Assembly (NCBI GenBank): GCA_016748015.1 | Contig: JAAOMT010000678.1 | Location: forward strand, 1-25,773 | DNA from: Geosiphon pyriformis uo1 | Taxonomy: Eukaryota; Fungi; Glomeromycota | Length of the DNA: 25,773 nucleotides | Direction of reading: 5' to 3' | In this document: positions 10,520-18,476 of the stretch, piece after piece | How positions within the stretch are numbered: position 1 is the stretch's first letter | Layout: the number at the start of each line of letters is the position of its first letter | Translations under genes and position numbers: made by a program | Notes under the pieces: generated by a model | What the model was told of the DNA's origin: nothing | The model's input: only the letters and a program-made list of their open reading frames with translations | Database searches by the model: none

Positions 10520-10921
10520 TTATGTATGTCTCATTCACAACAAGCAGTTAACATTGGCATTTTTGGTACCTTCTTTATATTTAATAATGTATTTATATAG
10601 TGCTAATATTTCTGTTCATCTTGCATATTTTCCTGTTAATGTTTTTTTGCTTTTTAACCAAACCAATCTTTTGTGATTGGTAGTAATGTCAAATGGTTTA
10701 TAGAGCAAATATGTTGAAAAGTAAATGCAGCTCTAGACTATGGCTAAGCATTCCAATTCATGAGCTGTGTAGTTTTGTTCTGCTGTACTTAGGCTTCTAC
10801 TGGCATACGCAATTACATGTTCTCTTCCATTATTGTCTTTTTGAGACAGAATGACACCAATCTTAGTTCCAGAGATATTTGTAGCTAAAATGAATTTCTT
10901 GTCGAAATTCAAGTAGATCAT
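10520..10921 (-). pseudogene. Gypsy-A RNase H (Ty3 type)
   Basis: FILATNISGTKIGVILSQ...VIAYASRSLSTAEQNYTAHELECLAIV...FDITTNHKRL...KYKEGTKNANVNCLL* (decayed TDAS, TDH, NxxADxLSR). Confidence 0.93.
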
Positions 10922-11056
10922 TATTGGAGCTTCAATAAGCTTTTGTCTGAGGTAATTAAATGTTTTTTGTTGTGTGTCTGTTCATTCAAACTTTACATTT
11001 TTAGATAGTAAATAATTAAGAGACTTGGCAATGTCTGAGAATTTATTTACAAAGCA

Positions 11057-11850
11057 TTAATAGTAAGATACAAGTTTTAAAAATTCTCTTACTTCTGTTA
11101 TATTCTGAGGTACTGGAAAGTTCTTTACTTTGTCCACTTTTGATTGATCTAGTTTTATTCCATCTTTTCTAACTATATGTCCTAAAAAAGCTAATTCATT
11201 TTTTCCAAAGAAGTATTTTTCTAAGTTTAATTTGAGTTTAGTATGTCTTAATTTTTCAAAAACTTGTTGTAAATGTTGTAGATAATCCATAAATATTGGT
11301 AAGAAAACATTGGTATCATCCAAGTAAACAACAATAGATTGCCACAAAATTCCTGAGTAGATTATGTCTATTAGTTATTAAAATATTGCAGGAGCATTAG
11401 TGAGTCCAAAGAGCATTATATTGAATTTATAATTGTCATTTTGTGTGGTAAATATTGTTTTGTGTCTGTCTTTTGAGTCCATTTCAACTTGCCAGTATTC
11501 ACTGGTCAAGTCAAGTGTAGAAAACCATTTTGCTCCTCCAAAAACGTCAAAGATTTTGTCAATTAATGGTATTGGATATGAGTTTTTGGTTGTTTTGCTG
11601 TTTAGTTTGTGATAGTTGACACAAAATCTAATTTTTCCATTTTTTTTTCTTACTAAGACAATTGGTGAGGACCATGGGCTTATAGATGGTTAAATTATTC
11701 CATTTTCTAGTATTCTTTGGATTTTTTTTCAGATGAAATTATGTTTCATGAGTGGAACATGATAGGCATGTTGTTTTTCAGCTCTTGTATTACCAGTGAA
11801 AATTTGGTGTTGAACCAAGTTGGTTCATCCAAATTCACCATCCTGCAAGA
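11057..11850 (-). pseudogene. Gypsy-A reverse transcriptase
   Basis: SPWSSPIVLVRKKNGKIRFCVNYHKLN, YPIPLID, FSTLDLTSEYWQV, MLFGLTNAPAIF, VVYLDD (YLDD at 11315-11326), FLGHIV. Confidence 0.97.
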
Positions 11851-12352
11851 ATATATCAGAGTATTTTAGAATTAATGCTTTTAGTTGATGTTGTTAATCC
11901 AGATTTATTGATCTAATGCTTAATTTTGTCAATTTTTTGGGTGTAAATTGGTAGCATTTCAATGGTGTCTGCCAATTTATTGATGTCAGTTCACAATACA
12001 GTGCGATTTCTGGAAAATTCAGAATTTCTTGTGGTATTGACACATTTTTTAGTTCTGTTCTAAGGTATCTCATGATGGTGTTTTCTGGAATGTATATGAG
12101 CTTTTCTGTAGTATTTATAATAGGAATTTTTATTCATTGTGTTTTGTCAACTGAAATAAAAAGGTTAACAAATCCTATGAAAAACTGTTGGCAAGTTTCT
12201 GAGTGGGGCTCAAATATTAGATTTATATCTTTTATTGTTCTTTTTATTTTAATTTCTGATTTTTCATAAAGTGTGAGTGTAATTGACTATTCATTTCTAA
12301 TTAATTCATTTTTTTCCTCTGGTGTTTCAATAAAATTTGCTTTAATTCCTTT

Positions 12353-12765
12353 TCCTGTTGATTCAAAACCATAAATTTCTCTTATTGTTTGTGTTAATTC
12401 TCTCAATTTTCTATTGGTACAAAATTTCCAACTTTTACTAATGGTAGGAAAATTGCTTATACAATCTTTTTCTTAAATTCAATGGTATAAGATTTTTTTG
12501 AATTGTTCTGTAGTAAAACCATTAAATTTCTAGTGTAATCAGAGTTAATTACTCCTTTTTGAATGCTTATTTCTTTTTTCATGAGGCTTGATTGTGATGT
12601 TATTTGGATCATTATTCCTGGCAGAATTTCAAATGCTATTTTTAAGTCAATTTTAGTAATACTTCTGGGTGGCAACGTCATGAATTGGTCTTCTAAATAC
12701 CATAGATCAAATCCAGCATCAGTTGGATGGATTCTTTCAGGGACTATTCTTAAGTGCCCATTATC
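12353..12765 (-). pseudogene. dut: Trimeric-family dUTPase domain within Gypsy-A pol
   Basis: All five motifs in order: DAGFDL (I), SQSSL (II, for RSS), GVINSDYTR (III, for GxIDxDYxG), KIV* (IV, for IAQ), REIYGFESTG (V, for RGxxGFGSTG). Confidence 0.92.
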
Positions 12766-12859
12766 ATAGTACTAGATGATCTAGATTGGTATAGGCTAAA
12801 ATATTTTTGACTTGGGACCATTAAGTGAGTTTTGTTGATTTATTGATTGATTTTGGTAC

Positions 12860-13510
12860 TACTGATTCTTAATTTCCATTTTTCTTTCAAAGTTTTTTTT
12901 TGTATTGACACTTTTCACAGTGCTGACTTTGGCATGGGATAAGACAGTCTTTGCAAAGATAAGTATTAATCTAAGTAAGATATTGTTCCTGTTCTTAGCG
13001 AGTGGAACACAGCTGTTAATAATTTTCCTGAAATTTGTCCATTGGGTTGAACATGTTATAGTTGGCAACTTCATTGGCTATTTTGGCTGACACTTTCCAA
13101 CATCATATTTCTTTGGTGGTTTCTCCTTTTACTTTGGCTTGTGCAGTGTTGTTTAATTCATCCTTGTTATGTGAATAGTGCTGCAGTTTTCTTAATACTC
13201 TGTTGAATGCTGCTTTGAATAACATTCCTCCTCTTATTCAGTAACAGATGAAAATCATGTATTGGCAAGTTGTGTCACACATTCCTTTTCTGCTTGGCAT
13301 GTTAATTCAGTCGCACTCTTTTGGTAATAGTTCTCCACGAAACATGGTTCTTTGTCTCATTTTCCATGTCTTTCTAGGTAACCATATTTTTCTTTGTTAC
13401 AATAGTTACAATAGTAGTGAGTGGGGTTTTTTGAGTCTTCGTCTGGTGTACTGTACACAGTCATGAATGAGAGTTTTTTATTGCAAACTGAACATTCCAG
13501 TTTTGGTCTG
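12860..13510 (-). pseudogene. Uncharacterised Cys-rich (putative Zn-binding) domain between protease and dUTPase
   Basis: Across frameshifts: CSVCNKKLSFM, HYYCNYCNKEKYG, GMCDTTCQY, LCKDCLIPCQSQHCEKC. Homologous motifs recur in Gypsy-B. Confidence 0.75.
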
Positions 13511-13569
13511 CATTGCTGGTGGTCATTATAGCTGATAAAAAGCTCTTAAGTGGTTCAGTCTAATGTGAC

Positions 13570-13870
13570 ATTGGCTTTTGTTAGCCAGTCATTCTCTACT
13601 AATGCTTGATATTATGTAGCATTTATTACTAATACTTTTGTAGATATTATTATGTCATTAATTTCAAAAGAGAATAAGTCGATTTCACCATGAGGCAGCT
13701 TGATATTTCTATTGGCTGTTATAATTTGGAATGTTGTGGTACAATCAACTTTGAAACCTAGTTGGTTTACTAGTTGAAGTATCACAATGCTTCCAGTAGA
13801 TCTACTGTCTAAGATAAGTTTAATTGGCATGTAATTTACTTTTGCTTCCATGTATATAGCAGTGATTGGG
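13570..13870 (-). pseudogene. Gypsy-A aspartic protease
   Basis: IKLILDSRSTGSIV (decayed LDSGS), IITANRN flap, KVLVINAT*YQALVENDWL (decayed LxGxD). Confidence 0.9.
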
Positions 13871-14351
13871 TGTTTCTCATCCAATGTTGCTTCACTAAAC
13901 ATAGCCTTTTTTTTCTCTAATTCAAAAGGAAAAATAGCTGTGAGGCTGTTATCTTCTGTGACAATGGCTGGTGGTATTGTTTGGATCAAGTTCTGGCTAT
14001 TGGTGATATTTTCAGTTCCAGATATATTATCATTAATATTTCTGAGATTTAAGTTTTCCGATATATTAAGATAAGTTGGCTAGAAATTTGGGTAATTTGG
14101 GTAGTTTGCATTTGTTTGCTGATTAGGTCTACGTAATTAGAATTTCTAGTAATAATCATGTTTTGACCTAATACTGGCTGGCTTCAAAACTCTGGATGCC
14201 AGTTTGGATTTGAAATCTCTGGTTATTGCTGATAAGTTCTTTAATTTTGATATGTAGTGAAGTATTGACATGGTATCGATATGTATTAATTTTTGAGCAT
14301 TTGAGGCATGTAATAATTATTTTCACATGGCTCTTGCATTATTTGTGTTTA

Positions 14352-15993
14352 ACATTGACTGATCAAATGTTCTACATGTTTGCAAAAATGGCAGGTGCAT
14401 GTTTCTGTTCTGAAGTCCTAACATAACAAGTAATTATTTTGGCTGCTGTTGAATTCCTGGTTGTGTTTTTGAGGTGTTTGGTATGTGTTATTTTTTCTTG
14501 GATTCAAAATAAGATAACTTTCTATTTTCTTAGAGAGTTCCTCCCCTAATTATATTACTCTCTTTTTTAATGTTTCTGTCTTGTTTTTTTCTATTATCAT
14601 GTTAACTATTTGACTATGATTAGCTTTTTTCTTAGCCAATTTAAGGACTCTGGCAAGCATAATGGCTTCTAGTAATGAATTAGGGTGGGCAGAGCATATT
14701 CTTCTTAAAATGTTGCTTTTTAATCCTCTAATAAATTGATTTAAAATCTGAGAATTGGTATAGTATTCTTGCTTAATTGCTTTAATCTAATGGCAAATTC
14801 AATTAAATTGAGCAAGATATTGGGTAACAGTTTTACCTGTTCCTTGCTTGATAGTATTGAATTTGTTTTGTAATTGAATTACGGCATTTGAATTGCTGAA
14901 TACTTCAAGAACATGTCTTTAAATTGGGTGAAACTTGTGGGTTTTGTTTCCAAACTTTAATATCATGAGTTAGCAGTTTCTTTTAAAAAAAAAAGTAATG
15001 TTTGAATTGCTCTTTGATCATTTTAGTTATTTGCTTGGATGGCTTTTTGTGTTTCTTTAAGCCATGTGTGCACATCTGTTTCTTCTTTTTCTCCTAAGAA
15101 ATCTATTAATTGTGCAATGTATAATGTGGTTATTTCATCGTCGTTTTCTGCTGGTAGATTTATTGGTCTAAGAAGAGTAAGGATGATATTTTCTTGTGTG
15201 TTTCTAAAAGTAGCTTCTCTTATATCTAGTTTTTCCTCTTGGTTTTTAGATTGATTGCTTGATCTGGTGACTGGTTTTGTTTTTGGTTCTTTGATAGGTT
15301 CTTTGGTTTCCAATTCAGACTCCTTTTTATAATTTTCAAACTTTGCTTCAAAATTTGGCTGGAGTAATGGCATTTTGAAAAGTGATAAATATCCTTCTGT
15401 TATTGGTATATTTCTCCAATTATGTTGTTTAAGTTTATTAGTATAATTAAGAGTTTTTGGTATTTGTGGAGTTGATGTTGATGATAATGCAGCTCCTAAT
15501 AAAATTTGTATTTTATTTTCTGGTGAAAAATAGTATAATTTATTTTCTGGTGAATAGATATGTTGTTTCTCCAATGATTGCATGACAGTTTTCTTTGGTG
15601 TTTGAGCAGGTGTTCCTAGTTTTTGCTGGTTACTTTTTTGATTAGTTTCTAAATTTTCTTTGGCTTGTTAGCACATTTCCTAGTGTTTCCTGTAGATATT
15701 GGAAAATTTTTGTTGATGTATTGCTCAATTTTGCAATGGATTTTGACAATAGTCATGGCTATTACTGCTACTTTCTTTGTAGTATATTGTGATAATTCTT
15801 TATACAATTCAAGTTTTGTGTTGTGTGGTTCTTCTTCCTTTCTTATGTGGTAATTTATTCTGGCATTGATATAATAAGTGAGAGCAGATTCTGCTGGACA
15901 ACACCCTTTTGATAATCCAAGATCACTTTGATTTTGTGTGTAAATAGCATGGCAGAATTCAAGAACAGTAAGAGTAGAAGTTTTTGTCACCAC
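14352..15993 (-). pseudogene. Gypsy-A gag with long N-terminal extension, capsid-like domain and CCHC knuckle
   Basis: DFLGEKEETDVHTWLKETQKAIQANN, KFNTIKQGTGKTVTQYLAQFN (major-homology-region-like), NQFIRGLKSNI, and CHFCKHVEHLISQC at 14352-14393. Confidence 0.85.
15512..15554. repeat. In-frame 27-bp-period duplication (SPENK x2)
   Basis: TTTATTTTCTGGTGAA at 15512-15527 and 15539-15554. Confidence 0.85.
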
Positions 15994-16060
15994 TTTTGTT
16001 TCTTCTTTTTTAGCAATAAATTATTGCTAATTATTATTTTTTTTTTGATTTTTTTTTCTT

Positions 16061-16073
16061 GTAGGATTTACCA
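16061..16073 (-). promoter_or_regulatory. Putative primer-binding site
   Basis: Minus strand: LTR end TGTAATA, 2-nt spacer TT, then TGGTAAATCCTAC (TGG complements tRNA CCA). Cognate tRNA not identified. Confidence 0.7.
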
Positions 16074-16075
16074 AA

Positions 16076-16623
16076 TATTACAGGAGATTTTTTTTGGTAT
16101 ATTTTAATTGTTGATATTCCGTTTTAATTGCAATCAGTTTCTCATGAGTTCCTCAATTTTATGTATTGAATATTAATAATAATATACTAAAAGTTTTTTC
16201 TTAATATTGTAATGTAAGTATTCTCTTTAATTCTAGTTGTCTTTGTATGTTGTGTACTCCTTTTCAGAGGCTAATCTGAAGCTATCTTTGCAATTGTCTG
16301 ATGTGTTTTTCTAATCTAGAAACATAGAATATTAATGGCTTTTTCGCAATTTTCCTAAGTATATAATAAGGCTTTTTCAATTTTAATTAGTAACCACATG
16401 AATAATCTTAATCAAGGATTATTCTTCCAAAGGGTTTAAAGATGAAATGATAGTTTCATTTGCTAAAAAGGATATGTAAATTCTATTGTTAATCTTACAA
16501 TTGTGATGTTAATTCAATTTATTATTATTTTTTTATTAATTCTTTTTGAATAAGATTTTATTTAGATATTTGTTGCTTTTAGTTGAAGTTGTTAAATTTT
16601 TCATCATTAAAACTATTGTATAT
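16076..16623 (-). repeat. 5' LTR of Gypsy-A, truncated (about 195 bp of U3 missing) at an adapter sequence
   Basis: Aligns with 9293-~9863, with a 30-bp deletion; homology stops exactly where the mosaic end begins. Confidence 0.92.
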
Positions 16624-16642
16624 CTGTCTCTTATACACATCT
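16624..16642 (+). other. Nextera/Tn5 mosaic-end adapter (library artefact)
   Basis: Exact CTGTCTCTTATACACATCT. Confidence 0.98.
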
Positions 16643-17384
16643 TGGACTTGAAAATGTTTAATATGAATAACTGCTATTTATTGTTTTTTTTCTAAAGTAC
16701 TAAGCAAGATATAGGCTTTTTATTAAAGTGTTTCTTAAAAGTTTTCTTAATTGATTGATTGTATTAAATAGTTTTCTACTGTAAAATTAATTGACAATAT
16801 TACTGTTTTTTTATAGGTCAAATTAAATAGTATTTGTTTTATAGCATCTAGTTTTAGTGTTTTGTATACTAGTAATACTGATAAAATAAAGTTATTTTAT
16901 TTTTGTTCAAAATTAATTAAAACTTTGGCTAATAATTTACACAATGTTTAGTTAAAATGTTTCATTAATTCATTTGTTTAAGAATAATAAGATGATAAAA
17001 GTGGTCTTTTAACATTAAATTATTCACAAATTTCTTGTATCAAGTTGTTTATAAAATGTGTTTTTTAATTAAATAAAAGTTTAATTAGACATTTATGTCT
17101 ATAAATAATGTTTTCATAGATAAAATTTGCTATTAACTTTGTATCTGCTTTTTAGATGGCTCTGTCTTTAAATTATTTGGTAAAAAAATTTACTATAACT
17201 GCAATATAACAATTTTTTTGAGTAGTAATAAGTAATAATCTGACTAAATTAATTTTTATTCTGTCAAAAAGTTGTCCAATTTTAATTGGATTTAGAAGTT
17301 TAATAAAACAAGTTTCTTTTTTTTTTGATAACTATTATATGATTTTATATATTATCAAATGTTTTTTACATGTAAAGCCAAAAA

Positions 17385-17408
17385 TAATGTTCTAATGTTC
17401 TAATGTTC
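17385..17408. repeat. Perfect tandem repeat (TAATGTTC)x3
   Basis: Direct reading. Confidence 0.9.
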
Positions 17409-17496
17409 TTTAAATTATACTATTTTTTCCTTAATATACTGAAGATAGATCTATGTACATATTATAAAAAATAGTTTCTTTTTTGTTTTCTTAGAT

Positions 17497-17515
17497 CTGT
17501 CTCTTATACACATCT
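17497..17515 (+). other. Second Nextera/Tn5 mosaic-end adapter (library artefact)
   Basis: Exact CTGTCTCTTATACACATCT, same orientation as 16624-16642. Confidence 0.98.
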
Positions 17516-18344
17516 TAAAGAACTTTGGTTGGAGGACTAAAGTATTTTTGCCAAAATATTATAAGTCATATTCTGCATCAATTTTGTGAGCTTTTTTTGG
17601 CTTAATCTCTTGGCTATTATTGTCAAAGTACTTGAGTTGTATAACAAGCTGATTTTTGATCAAGTAGATTAAAGTGGTTGTAATTTTTTTTTCAGATTTA
17701 AATTCTCCAAATTCGATTTCATGCTTATTATTTTTACTAGGCAAAAAAATACTAGAAACATAACATTTCAAACATCATTGGTTATTATAAGATATTACAT
17801 ATTCTTTACATAGTTAAATGTTCATTTGTTTTAATTATTGAATTTGAGCTTTTTTGGTTAAATAGATGTAACTTATAATTTAATAGTAAGTTTTAACTTT
17901 ATCTTCATAGTTATATCTAGCAATTTCGAAAGTGTATTCAATATATTCAGTTTTTTTTATCTAATAAATATTTTTTTGAGTTTCTTTATTAATTAGACTT
18001 ATAGCCAATTTATAGATTATTTTAGCATTATGTGGATAATAATAAAGTTTGTTAAAAGTACTGTTATATACTGTATTAAATCAAATTTCTTTTTTTAACT
18101 TTTTTGTAATTGAAAGTACATATTAACAAGTTTAATTACAAACTTCTTTTCTTATTGTAATATTGATCTAGTTATATTTTTTTAATAATATTTTTTCACA
18201 TGTAAAACAAGACATATTGTTTAATTTTTTATTTTGTTTGGAGTATTCAAATTATTTCTGGTAACAAGTCTTATAGTAATAAAAAGTATGTATTTCATAT
18301 TTTTTTTTTAAAAATATACAAGCTCCCATAAATAAAAGCTTTTT
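17516..18344 (-). mobile_element. Gypsy-B downstream part: Cys-rich domain and dUTPase N-terminus, cut at the adapter
   Basis: KLLFMGAC, SCFTCEK, EVCN*TC*Y, CLKCYV, then YFDNNSQEIKPKKAHKIDAEYDL*YFGKNTLVLQP, homologous to YYDNGHLRIVPERIHPTDAGFDLWYLEDQFMTLPP of Gypsy-A. Confidence 0.85.
18338..18344. repeat. Target-site duplication of LINE-B, left copy (GCTTTTT)
   Basis: Same 7-mer at 25183-25189; removing LINE-B restores in-frame CKNCNKKLLFMGAC. Exact length is blurred by the poly(A) tail. Confidence 0.8.
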
Positions 18345-18476
18345 TTTTTTATAATACAATTAATAAGTAAAGTCCAACTGCTATCTAATACATAGAACCA
18401 AACTAAGTGGAATAAACTAAATACAGCTCACACACTTATTATATGTGGCCAGCCATTCGGGCCAGACAAAACTACA

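Larger units (their letters stand above)
9293..16623 (-). mobile_element. Gypsy-A: degenerate Ty3/Gypsy (Metaviridae) LTR retrotransposon carrying dUTPase; integrase core not found
   Basis: Two direct long repeats flank gag-PR-RT-RH fragments on -; PBS-like TGG sequence inside the 5' LTR and PPT next to the 3' LTR; RT motifs are Gypsy type. Confidence 0.95.

Noticed and set aside
12072-15853. Short hydrophobic plus-strand ORFs antisense to Gypsy-A, possible env-like or membrane proteins
   Set aside because: Hydrophobicity follows from the T-rich strand; they overlap recognisable gag/pol on the other strand.
17385-17408. CRISPR-like or telomeric repeat
   Set aside because: Only three 8-bp units without spacers; simple slippage.
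16624-17515. Composite transposon or MITE bounded by 19-bp repeats
   Set aside because: The repeats are the synthetic mosaic end, in direct orientation, with no TSD or transposase.
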